From positions 186,001 through 250,000 of the forward strand of contig RSEE01000029.1 of the NCBI GenBank assembly GCA_003971905.1: a stretch of DNA of 64,000 nt. Reading direction: 5' to 3'. The notes beneath the pieces were generated by a model. The model had not been told where the DNA came from. It did no database searches and worked only from the letters and a program-made list of their open reading frames with translations. A program made the position numbers and the translations under genes. The stretch is from Moniliella sp. 'wahieum' (Eukaryota). Of the stretch, positions 1-12,000 are shown piece after piece. Position 1 is the stretch's first letter. Each line of letters begins with the position of its first letter.

Positions 1-132
1 AAAGGGGCGCGATTAACATTTTGGAATAGAGGGACCTTTCAGTCACTATATAGCCACAGTCTTGGTAAGAGCAAACGATTCCAGACGCTTATGTTTTCAT
101 AACTCCAATGACTTCTGTCCCAGATGGCCCCC

Positions 133-1733
133 TCAAGGGAGAGAGCTTGCGACGAACAATACAGGGTAAATACCCGAGACCATGACGAGACCCATGTTGG
201 CGGCCATCCACGCGAAAAGGTAGACGAAGCCGAATGAACCCCAGGCAGTACGATGTGGTTTGCCCTCGGAATTGATGGGCTGGTCTTGAGCTTGTTCGCC
301 TTTGGTCAATAGTGCGGCAGAAACGAGCGGGCCGGCGATGGCAGAAAGTCCCTTGATGACTGGTAACAGCATAATTCCCCCAGCTGGAGTTGATGATTGG
401 CGGGCGATCTCCCCAGCACTATATTACAACATGCCGTGGTTAGCTGAGCTGGGACGTAAAAAAGAAAAGGTACGTACGAAGTGCCCCAGGTGGAAGAATA
501 GGATCCAGCTGTAGCGCCCAACACAATCGTCGCCACGATGATGGAAGCCAGGTGCGAGTCAAGCCCGAAGAGGGTGGCAGTGAAGAGACACGAGATACCT
601 CCCACGACAACCGTGATAATCGCGTAATCACCTTTATCGCACCCGTACCCAATGACGGGCTGGCCAAAGAACATGGCGGCATTAAGAATGGCTACTCCAC
701 CCACCGACCTCATGTTGGAGTAGCCTGCCATACGGATGTACTGGGCAAGGTAAAGTGTCAGGCTGACATACCCGCTCCCCAGAGCAAAATTAGCCAAACC
801 TGTTACAAGAAAGAGGGGGGTAGCCATAAAACGGAGTTGTTTGATCCTGGAAAGCACCTGCCCTTCTTTGGAAGCCGCACCTCGTGCCGGCGCGCGAAGG
901 GGTAAGCGCGGACGGAGAAACAATGCGCTAGCAAAGCCTCCTAAGCCTGTGACCAGTGCCCAGATCCGCAGTGCCCAATGGTAGCCCAACTCATCGAGGA
1001 GAGCTTGGTAAAAGAAAGGATAGACCAGTCCGCCGATCGCTGAGCCAGAAAAAATGATGCCGGAAGCAAGACCGCGACGGCGATCAAACCACTGGGGCAG
1101 CCAGCACATAACAGGGGTGAAGGCAAATCCATGACCCAGACCGCTGAGTACACCGTTGAGCCAAATCAACTGATTTGGGGAGGTAAAAGCTGGCCCCAAT
1201 CAAGGAGACCACAGCGATTGTCACAGCCCCCAAAGTGAGCCACCGACTATGCTCGGGGAAGGTCCGGTACAGGGCGTAGGCTGGCAAACCAATCAGGTAG
1301 GAAGCTGCATTGAAGCTCATGCCGATCGAGGAGATGGTAACAGCGGATGCTCGGAATTGAACAGAGTAGTAGCTTTGGAAGGTTCCCACGTTGCCAAAGT
1401 TGGGCGCCCATAGAGTCAGCTCTGATACCCATGCCCACCACAGAAAAGCCCACGCTGCTACGCCTCCATCCACAGGGGGTAATTGCCCTCCTTCCCTCAT
1501 TTCCGAATCCGGAGGGATGGGAATGCGGGTAGACCGGGCTCTTTTGAGTGTTCCTCTGCACTTTTCTGGCCCCTTACCTTTAAACCCAGTTCGGGAAGGG
1601 CTACTGGCGCTGGATCTTTGCAAGCGAGGTCGAACTTGGTGTCTGCTTCGGTGGGGGATGCAACCGAGATGTCTGTGTGCCATTGGTGTTGCGATCGGGC
1701 ACCCATAACATCCAGTTTAATGGGCTCGGCCAT
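133..1733 (-). CDS. MFS transporter, monocarboxylate porter (MCT/Mch-like) family
   Basis: Joined ORFs 1497-1733, 1084-1683, 306-1199 and 133-372 give PPVDGGVAAWAFL, PQWFDRRRGLASGIIFSGSAIGG and many hydrophobic helices. Intron 419-477 (GTACGT...GCTAAC...TAG). About 2 apparent frameshifts. Confidence 0.85.
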
Positions 1734-2248
1734 GGTTGCAGGCCGTAATGAGCGAAGTGTCGTGGCTGTGAGAGGCTCGGTTTAAGAGGCGTGGCGGGAG
1801 AGATATGGTGAAAAGGCCTGACTGTTATTCCCGAGTATTTTATACCCCCGCACCGTGTCAAAGGCTGCAACCATTACAATGTTCAAACTATTCACCCCGG
1901 TCTCAGATACTGATCTCAACCGTGTTTGACACCTCCAATTGGATCTACCCGAGCACCTCCCGCTAAAAGTAGCACCGCAGGTTCCAGTCCAGAACCCTTC
2001 CGATACACTCTTATTATGCCCACAGTGTTCAGGCCGGTTGGGACGCTGCACGCTGACTTTCAATCCAGGTTCAACATTTGCATGCCCTCTAATAAGCAGG
2101 GCATGTTCGGCAACGCATACAAAAGGCTATACCGGCCATGTGCTTTAAGGCGCTAAGGCAACAGGAGAACGCGGTACGTAAATTACACAAGACATGGCGT
2201 CTTTGCCGATATGTATGGATTCATCGCATTGATTTGGGACTGGTTGGC

Positions 2249-3114
2249 CTACTCATCCTTCTTCTCAGTCGCCAAACCGTGCGCCTTGAGCAATGCGTCG
2301 ATTTCTGCTGGGCGGAAGATCTTGTACGTGGGCTTGCCTGTTGAGTCGAGCGTGATTGTCGCAAACTCGACTGGTGAGAGAAGAATGGAAAGTTAGATGA
2401 TGAAAGAGGTAACAAAAGAAGTACACATACCCTTCTCAGGTTCAATGGTGGAGGCATCGAGTACCTTGCTCAGCACCTTGGTGGCCAGCTTAGCCGCCTT
2501 TTTGAGGTCGAAGTCGTCTGCCGGATGGGCTGCTTGCTCTGTCCCAGCAACTGGAGGTGCAGCGTCCTTGTCGGTAGGGTAGTCTGTCTTGAGAAGACTG
2601 GTGGCCATACCGGAGTTGTGGCCAACAGCAGTGGCTTTCCAACCGGAAGTATTCCCCGAGGGGTCCGAGTGGTACAGCTGGAACCCGTGGTGCGCGTCCC
2701 AGCCGGCGTAGAGAATCGAAACACCAAACGGACGCAATCCACCGTATTGGGTGTAAGACTGCTTAAGGTCACTTAGACGTTGGGTGATAAGCTCGACGGG
2801 CATGTCATCGTCGTATGAGGCCAGGTAGTCCTGCGCGGCATTGCGGGCAAAGTTGATGAGCGAGTTGGCGTCGGCTGTAAGCCCGGCCACCCCAGCAATG
2901 CAGTTGGCACTGACGGCGTAGATCTTTTCGCTGCTCGCGTCCTGCTGGAGCAGCTTGGATGTGACGCGCTTCTCGCCAGCCAGCACCACGCCGTCTGATG
3001 CAAGCACGCCGATGCAGGTGCCGGCGTGGCTGATGGCCTCCATGGCGTACTCGACCTGGTACAGCCGCCCCTCGGGGCTGAAGGTCGTGGTGCGCGAGTC
3101 GTATCGCGGGACAT
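2249..3114 (-). CDS. PRE9: 20S proteasome subunit alpha type-4 / alpha-3
   Basis: MSR(R)YDSRTTTFSPEGRLYQVEYAMEAISHAG...QYGGLRPFGVSILYAGWD...SDPSGNTSGWKATAVG. Intron 2371-2430 (GTATGT...CTAAC...CAG). Last exon EFATITLDSTGKPTYKIF...KKDE, TAG at 2249-2251. One missing base just after the ATG. Confidence 0.95.
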
Positions 3115-3455
3115 GGCGCAGGGACGGGGCGAGGGGTGAGTGGTGGAGGTGGTGGGACGAGGCAGAGGGCAGGTGGGGTGGCTGGTGACTGAGCCACTTA
3201 CGCACGCCTGCCTGTGTTGCACGCGGGAGAGCTGACGCGGACCGGCCCCAATTCCGCTGCCGCGCCACCGCGAGGGAGAGCGGGGCCCGATTCCGCCCGG
3301 CATTCCGCCGGGGGTGGGGGTGGGCTGGCGGGCGCTGGGCGGCGGCAGGGAGCGGCCGGGGGGCAGGCGCGCGTCCCACCGGCAGGCGAAGCAAACCCAC
3401 AGCGACGCCCCCGCCGCCGCCCCCCACCACCTCCATCTGCCAGCCCTCTGGATCC
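3115..3455. promoter_or_regulatory. Probable bidirectional promoter between PRE9 and dyn2
   Basis: 341 bp very GC-rich gap between divergent ATGs, with a G-rich left side and C-rich right side matching the C-rich 5' leaders of other genes here. Confidence 0.55.
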
Positions 3456-6400
3456 ATGCCGCCGGCGGTCGTCAGCAAGGCGCCTGGTGACTGGCATCCC
3501 ACCGCCTACCGCACCGTTGCCGCTGAGCTTACCGCTTCCCTCGACCTCGGCCGCCATGCCGAACGTGTGATTGATGCGCTGGTCTGGATCCATTACAGCG
3601 TATATGCATCGGTCGATCGTCTCAAGCGCCGCCAGGGGCGCAGCATGCAACTTGGTCCCCGTTTTTCCTCGACTTTATCCACCACTACGTCCAGCTCTCC
3701 AACGAGAAGCGCGAGGGCCTTGAGGAGGAGCAACGCCATCTCAATGTCGGTCTCGACAAATTGCGCGAGACGGTAGGTGCATTCCTCTTGCTCTTCTCGT
3801 TGCGCGTGCTGACAGTTCCTCCCTCATCACTCGGCTAGGTCGCCGCCGTGTCGGACCTGCAACGCAACCTTGCCGCCAAGCGCACTCAGCTTGAGGCCAA
3901 GAACAAGGAGGCCAACGACAAGCTCCAGCGTATGGTCGCCGACCAAAAGTCTGCCGAGGAGCAGAAACTGGCCAGTATGCAGATCCAAGCGGACTTGCAA
4001 GAACAGGAGAAGGTGATTGAGATCCGTCGTAGGGAGGTTATGGCCGACCTTGCCGATGCTGAGCCCGCGGTCCAGGAGGCCCAGGCTTCTGTGTCCAACA
4101 TTAAGAAGCAGCACCTGACAGAAGTGCGTTCGATGGGTAACCCGCCCGCGCCGGTCAAGATGGCAATGGAGTCAGTTTGCATCCTTCTTGGACATCGCAT
4201 CGAGTCGTGGAAGAACGTGCAGGCAATCTTGCGCAAGGACGACTTCATTCCTTCCATTGTCAACTTTGACACGGATCGCATGATGACTCGTGCTACACGC
4301 GACAAGATGCAGCGCGAATTTCTCAACAAACCTGGCTACGACTTTGCTACCATCGATCGTGCTTCCAAGGCTTGCGGTCCCTTGGCCAAGTGGGTGATTG
4401 CGCAAGTCCGCTTCAGTTCCATCCTTGACAAGGTGGGTCCCCTGCGCCAAGAGGTGGACGATCTCGAAATGCAAGCCCAAAACGCACGCAATGAGGCCGC
4501 CATGATCGTCGAGATGATTGGCGATCTGGAGAAGAGTATCCAGCAATACAAGGACGAATACGCCCTTCTCATCAGCGAGACGCAAGCGATCAAAGGCGAG
4601 ATGGAGAGAGTCCAGCGCCGCGTCGACCGCTCTATTCAGCTTCTGGAAAGCTTGGGCTCGGAGAAGGAAAGGTGGGAGGCCAGTTCTCGCACCTTTGACA
4701 CCCAGATGAGCACCATTATTGGCGATGCTCTCTTGTCAGCCGCCTTCTTGGCCTACTCAGGCTTTTTCGACCAGCAGTATCGTGAGCAAATGTGGGCGTC
4801 GTGGTTGGACCATCTCCAAACGAACGGCATTACCCTGAAACCGGAGCTCAACTTTTGCGAGTATTTATCATCAGCTGATGATCGCTTGCGCTGGGCCGCC
4901 CAGTCCCTTCCACCCGATACGCTCTGCACTGAGAACGCTATTATGCTCGCTAGGTATGATCGTTACCCTTTGATCATCGACCCATCAGGTCAAGCGACCA
5001 ACTTCTTGGTGAAGGCGTACAGCGACCGCAAAATGACCGTCACGAGCTTCCTCGACGATGCCTTTCTCAAAAACCTCGAGTCGGCACTTCGTTTTGGCAA
5101 TCCTTTGCTGATCCAAGATGTGGAGCACCTTGACCCTATCCTTAACCCCATCCTCAATAAGGAGCTACGGCGCACGGGAGGCCGTGTCCTGATCCGTCTC
5201 GGCTCGCAAGACATCGATTTTAGCCCCTCGTTTACCATGTTCCTCGCCACCAAAGACCCTCTTGTCGAGTTCCCCTCGGACGTGTGCTCGCGGGTGACAT
5301 TTGTGAATTTTACCATGACTCGGAGCAGTCTTCAGTCGCAGTCCTTGGATCAAGTCTTGAAAGCCGAGCGTCCGGAGACCGACAAGAGCGGACGGACTTG
5401 ATGAAGCTGCAGAGCGAATTCCGTCTCCGTCTTCGCCATCTTGAAAAAGCCTCTCTCAGCCCTCAATGAGTCCCAAGGCAACATCCTTGACGATGACAAA
5501 GTCATCGACACACTCGAAACGCTCAAACGTGAGGCAGCCGAGGTTACCCGCAAGGTGGAGGAGACCGATTTGATCATGCGAGAGGTGGAGGATGTGACGG
5601 CCGAGTACCTCCCACTCGCCAAAGCCTGTTCGGCTGTATTTTTCATCTTGGATCAGCTCCATCTCATCTCTCACTTTTACCAGTTCTCTCTCCAGTATCC
5701 TGGACATTTTCGCTTACATCCTCCACCACAATCCCAACCTGGATGGTGTTCGTGACCCCACCGACCGCCTCAACATTTTGATGCGCGATTTGTTTCATGT
5801 TGTATTCCAACGTACCTCGCGTGCTCTAGCCCACGGTGATCACATCATGCTGGCTCTTCTTTTGGCCCGGATTTGGTGCAGGCAGAACGGTTCGGACGAT
5901 GCGCTGGATTCGGCAGAGTTCAATTATCTCATTGATGGCGATTTCATCCCTTCCTCTACTGCCTCGCTCGACTTGACGAGTGCGCTGGATCAGACCTTAT
6001 CGATCGAGCAAAAGTCTCGCTTGCTCGCACTCAAGAGACTGGTCGTGTTTAAGAACATTGATCAGGCCGTATGTGAGCAACAGGAAGCCATTCTTTCCTT
6101 CCTTGAAGCTGCCAGCCGGAGACAGTGACGGTTCCCCTCTGGGAAGAGACAACTCGTACGTATTCCTTTTCTTCCTTCCCTCCACTCATTCTACCAAAAC
6201 TGACATATTCATGTTCCTATACTAGCCATTGTGAGCTTCACACGCCACTTGCTCCTCATTCGTGCCCTTCGACCCGATCGCTTGATCCCGGCTATGGGTT
6301 ACTTGTCACGCTCATCTTCGGCGGGGACCTGATGAACGAGCTATCATTTGACTTTGCCCGGGTTGTCGCTCATGAGGTGAGCGCGACAACGCCAGTGGCA

Positions 6401-8278
6401 CTGTGCAGTGTGCCGGGGTTCGATGCTTCCTTCCGTGTGGACAATCTGGCCAAGGCGACAGGCACCAAATGCATTTCGGTCGCCATGGGTTCGCCTGAGG
6501 GATTCACCGAGGCGGAAAACGCGATTGTATCGGCATCAAGGAGCCCAATGGGTCTTGCTCAAAAATGTCCATCTTGCGCCTGCTTGGTTGGCGCAGCTGG
6601 AAAAGCGTTTATCTGGGGTGGCAGTGAACCGCAACTTCCGCCTATTCTTGACTATGGAGACCAACCCAGTATTCCAGTCAACTTTTGCGTGCTTCAAGAA
6701 TTATTATGAATGAGCCTCCTCCTGGTCTCAAGGCCAACATGGTGGACTCACTTCGGTCTGTCGGCCCTTCGCGGTTGCAAGGCGCTCCAGTTGAGGCCGC
6801 ACGATTGTACTTTCTTTTGGCGTTCTTCCGCCACTGTTACCGAGCGCTTGCGCTACACTCCTCTCGGGTGGAGCAAGCTGTTTGAGTTCAACGATTCGGA
6901 CGCGACCACAGCGCTGGACATGATTGAGAGCTGGCTTCGCTCTGCGTCCAAAGGGAGGGACAATTTAGACCCGGCCTTGATCCCGTGGCAGGCCATTCGA
7001 ACTTTGCTCAAAGAGTCGATCTATGGTGGCAAGATTGATAATCCTGCCGACCAACGAGTGCTGGACTCCTTTGTGGACAAGATATTTACCCCGCGCGCGT
7101 TTGATGTGGGTTATTCCTTGGTTGATAAGGCTTCATCGGACAAGGAATCGTCATCGCTCCTAGCCCCAGAGGGTAGCAAGATGGAATCATTTAAAGAATG
7201 GGTGGATGCGCTTCCGGACCAGCAACCGCCTGAATGGCTTGGTCTCCCCCGAATGCAGAGCGGGTCATTGCAACGGTGCAAGGAACCAACTTGCTGAACC
7301 AGCTGATCCGTATGCGCCAGCTTGCTGACGACGATGAAACGGTAGACACAACTACCAAGGAGACGGAAGCCAATGGTTCCAAACAAGGCAAGGAACAACA
7401 AGCGATTGCCCAGCCCACTTGGATGAAGGTCTTACTTGGACATGCGACTGAATGGACGGCGCTTCTCCCCAGCAGCCTTCCAGCGCTGCCTCCAGCCCAA
7501 CCGGGGAGCGAACAAGACCCTCTCCACCGCTTTTGGACCCGCGAACATGCGACTGGCGTCAACCTTCTTGCTCGTGTTCGGACCGATTTGGAGGAAGTTA
7601 TGGCTGTGTGCGAAGGCAAGGTTCGCCAGACCAACCACAACCGGATTCTGCTGCGGGATTTGCCCAAGGGTGTTATCCCCTCAGCTTGGCAGGTGTACTC
7701 GGTCCCGCGGGATATGGGACTGAGTGCTTGGGTCGCTGACTTGGCTCACCGGTTGGCACAATTGACACGAGTGAGTGAGGCAATGGCGAAAGATGCTGGG
7801 GACAAACTCTCGTCTTTCTCCGTTGCCCTTGGCCTTCTCTTCGCCCCTGGGGCCTACATGACTGCCACGCGGCAAGCGGCGTCGCACAAAGCCAAAGTCT
7901 CGCTCGAACACCTTAAGCTGGGTCTTCGGATCAACCATGCACCCCAAGACAGCGAAGCGGGGACAGCCTTTGCGCTTACCGGGTTGAAACTGGAAGGGGC
8001 AGCGTGGGACGAGCAAGGGGAGAAGGGGGCGGCTTGGTGCTCACTCAAGGAGGAGAGGTGGATCTTGGCGCCTGCACTTTACATTGGTCTGCACCCACGG
8101 GATCGCTGGGATCTGTTACTGCCCAGGCCAATGGATCGGCCCGTTTGCCCTCTGTGCCCGTCTCGCTCTACCTGAATATTGACCGCTCGTCTGCCTTGTT
8201 CAACATCTCTCTTCCGACCAAGGCGATGGACGACGTTTCCGTTTCTCGCAGCGAGCGGTTGCCCTGCGTGCCTCTTAA
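3456..8278 (+). CDS. dyn2: Cytoplasmic dynein heavy chain, C-terminal polypeptide only (end of AAA4, stalk/MTBD, AAA5, AAA6, C-terminal domain)
   Basis: [17 protein letters not shown], then [11 protein letters not shown]...[83 protein letters not shown], ending ...[13 protein letters not shown] at 8276-8278. Introns 3773-3838 and 6156-6225. Many frameshifts. Confidence 0.93.
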
Positions 8279-9085
8279 TGGCCTGAAGGGATTCGTCTGG
8301 CCCGTCTCCCTTTCCACTTGTTATACCAATGAAGATGAATTTGGCTTCCGTTCTACTGATGCGTGCTGTTGTGCCCCAAGATGCATGATGTGCGGGATGA
8401 CAATCGGGTCGAGCACTACGAGATGGTTGGTAGGTATAACTATTCACGTCGATGTAGTTGTGCGAGAGGGTAATGAGGAGGAGCGTTTGATCGTAACAAG
8501 AGTCGGCGCCACGTGCTGCTCACATTGTGTCCTGCTGAAAGCACAAACCGAATGTTTTCAGGTCGCACTCGAAATGCTTCGTCGCTTACATACCCCCGTA
8601 CTTGCAACTCTTCGCCGACCTCAGCGCTCTCAGCTCTTAGAGCCCCCGCGCATGCATCCTGCCCAGCAGGATTATACGCCTTAGGTTCATTACCAGCGGT
8701 ACATCTGATTTCTACATATGCAAGCAAGGGCCCGTTCAGGGTACCCTGGCTCGCACACACTCTGCCAAAGTGTGCTTAAGGAAGAGAGTGTATCTGCTCT
8801 ACATTGAGTTTTGGTACGTTGCAGGTGAGGTGCCGGCAAAGCGAGGCGGATACGGGATAAGGGAGCAGGACAGATTTACGCGTATCAAATGACTTTGGAT
8901 GGAAGTGATGGGTCGGAGATTGGCCCGGTTCGGGGGCAGGATGGAGTGTGAGAGAGGATACAGAACGAGCGAGGGGGGGGGGTGGGTATCGTGAAGAGAA
9001 GGTAAACAGCGAAGGAGTCGTGGGGAGGAGGAGGCGATGCTGTCGCAGCCTCAGTCTGCAACTTGCATTGTCGCCTGGGAATGGA

Positions 9086-12000
9086 TCAGATAAAACAGCC
9101 GCGAGTTTTTGCGCTTGGTAACTTCTTCCAGCCGCCGCCGAGAGCGCTTCCCGGCTTTGTCTCGCGCCGCCCGTTCTTGCTCAATCTCCCTCTCCAAAGC
9201 TCCCGTTGCTCCTGCACGCGCGACTGGGATTGGGCCAACTCGGCAGCAGCCGCTTCGACTTGGGCTTGCAGTTCGCCAGATTGCGCCGAGAAGGCATCTC
9301 GCTCCCGTGTCACCTCGGACAGTTGCGTGCGCGCTTTGCGCAGGTTGCGTTCGCTGTCATTGAGTGCTGCTCCAGGGTACAACCAGGTCGGACGAGGCAC
9401 GACTTTCGGCCTCGGTATGGGTCAGTTTGGCTTGTAGACGGTTGACTCGTCCAGGGTACTGTCGCTCTTCGGGCCGATACGGTCACCACGGGGGCGGACC
9501 AGGGGAGGGGCCCATACATGCCCTTCGGTAAGGGACGACACTGACTCGGCCAAGCTGGTGGGGCGACCGAGCGTGGCGGGTGGGACACCACTTGGTGTTG
9601 GTGGTGGTGGACCGGCGGGGGGAGGCGTTGGTGGTGGTGGTGGCACTTTTCCACTTCCAGAAGAAGGACTGGCGCGGTGGCTAGCATTCGTATCCCACGA
9701 TGTAATCCGTCCCGTTGATTCGTCCAGGGGTTACGCTGGTTCCGGCCATTGGAACGTACGGAAGCGCCGCGCTCTGCCTGGGCCAAGCGCTGCTGGGTGT
9801 CACGGAGCAAGACGCTATTCCGAGCGTTTTCAGCTTGGGAGGCCTGAGCTTCAGCTCGGGCCCGCGCCAAGTCGGAACGCGATTGAGTAAGGAGGGTGCG
9901 CTGCTCGTCGAGTTCGCGAATGATGGTAAGATGATCTGGCTTGCCCCGAGGCTGTCGCGCAGAGTGGTCAAATCATGGGAGAACTGATCGCGCTCCGCTT
10001 GCGCTTCCGTCAAAGCACCCTCGAGAACGACGAGCGCATCCGACGTTTCCGCCAGCTCCGCCTTGAGCATATCCATCTCGACCGGATCCACTTGCACTTG
10101 GCTAGCAAGCTGGGCAACCCGAGCCTCGAGCCGTTCCGAGGCGGTTCGGGCGTCGGTACATTCCTGGCGCAACGAGGCATTCTCTTCCGCCATACGACGC
10201 AGCTGAGCATCTCGTTGAGCGAGATCGCGAGCGGTAGAAGCTGTTGCCTGGGAATTGTCCGCCTGCAGCCTCTCCACGTCACGAGACGAAGATTGGTGAG
10301 CTTCCTGCAAGGAGGCGAGCTCAGCCGCATGAGCTGCAGTGAGCTCCTCAACTACTTTGGCGTGGGCATCGTCCCGGCTCCGTAGCTCTGCCTCGTGTGT
10401 CTCTTGCCCCGCCTCCATCGCTGCCGCATCCGCCGACTTGCCCTCAGTAGCCGACTCAGATGCGGAAGCCGCGCGTTTCGCATCAAGTGCTACCAAGGTA
10501 GCTTCGTGTTCGGCCCGAAGCGCGGCAATGGTTTGCTCTAGCTGAGCCACCCGAGCTTTGGCAGCATCCGCTTGCTCGGTTGCTTCGGTTGCCGTGACCT
10601 GGGAGATGGCAAAGCGCTGTTGCAGAGCAAGATGGGCTTGGGCAGGGTGGTAGCCATCTGGTCTCGCTGTTCGAGCGCTTCGGCGTGCGCGACGCCCTGG
10701 GCCGCAACCTGCTCCTTATGCTGGTTCTCCCGTGCAGCCAGCTGGACCAGAAGCTCGTGCACATGCGCCGAACTTTGAGGGGAAGAACCACTTTCACTTG
10801 CGCCGGCCAGTAAGAGGTCGTCGGTCGCTGCAACCGACGTGGAGCCCGAGGGACTGGCCGCACTAGTTTTGGTAGCGGGCGAATCAAGTTGACGTTGCAG
10901 CCCATCCAACTCTTCCTCTCTCTGGAACAGAGTGCCTGAAGCGTATCCCGTTCCCGTTCGAGCGAACGGATTTTGCGCTGTGCCTCTTCGCCGCCGCTGA
11001 GGCCGAGGCCAAGGCTGCCCTTGACGCAGCCTCTGGACTTCCCATTCCACTAGGATCCACAAGAGAAAGGGGTCTGTGGCCCATCTGGGACGATCCGGAT
11101 GCGGTGCGAGCATGACTGTTGCCTGCCGGCAATGTCCTCGGGGCTTTCTTGCCGGCTGGGTGACACCACATCGTTCAAGTCCCTGGCTGCGGGAGGGGCA
11201 TCGGCAGGCGGTAGCCAATGCCAGAAGTGGACCGGCGATGAGCTCGAGAGGCAGGGCGCGACACGACAGATCCATCCCTCGCTGACACGAAGGAGGAACG
11301 ACGGGACATGGTCAGGCTGGACCGCCTACTCATTCGTCCGTCAGGTGTTTGGTCCATTCCCTCTACGGACGTGCGAAGGGCGCGATCCATATCTGCGCTG
11401 TGCTGGCTACGCAAAGCGGGGTGCCACGTTTCCCGTCGGGTGCCTGTTGAGTTGCGTCGCATGAGCACAGAAGGACCATCTTCATGATCCGAAGAGCCAT
11501 TAACCGAAAGCACTTCCAGTGGATCGTCCATACCCGAGCTGTTGCGCGTCCCGTGGTCCACGTTGCGCGAGGGATCGGTCCAATTGGGTAGTGAGAAGCT
11601 CGGCTCGTTGAAGCGCCTCTTGGTGGGCCAGCTGCACCGTGCCAAGCTCAGCCATAGCAGCGGCGTATTTGGATTTGAGCTCGGCCAGCTCTTGCCACGT
11701 TCGCGTGGCCCTCTTGAAGCTCCAGCACGACGTCATCTGGCGAGTTAAGGGCCTGAGGCGACTGCGAGCGATTGGTGGAGGCTACGGCTTGGTCTTGAAT
11801 CTGTTGCTCGAGAGCTTCAATTCGCTCTTGGCGGGCATCGAGCTCTTTCAATAGAGTTGGTGGTCCTGTTTGGCCGAGTCGAATGCGTCCAAGGAAAACC
11901 ACGCTGACATCGCGAGATTGATGAGCTTCTGGCTGTTCCAAGGCGGCCTTGGCGATGCCAAGTCGGCGTCCGATTGAGCCAAACGTTCTTCCAGCTCTTG

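Noticed and set aside
9086..9100. Possible prenylation (CaaX) signal at the kinesin C-terminus (...GCFI)
   Set aside because: The Cys is third from the end, not fourth, and the terminal reading frame is uncertain because of indels.
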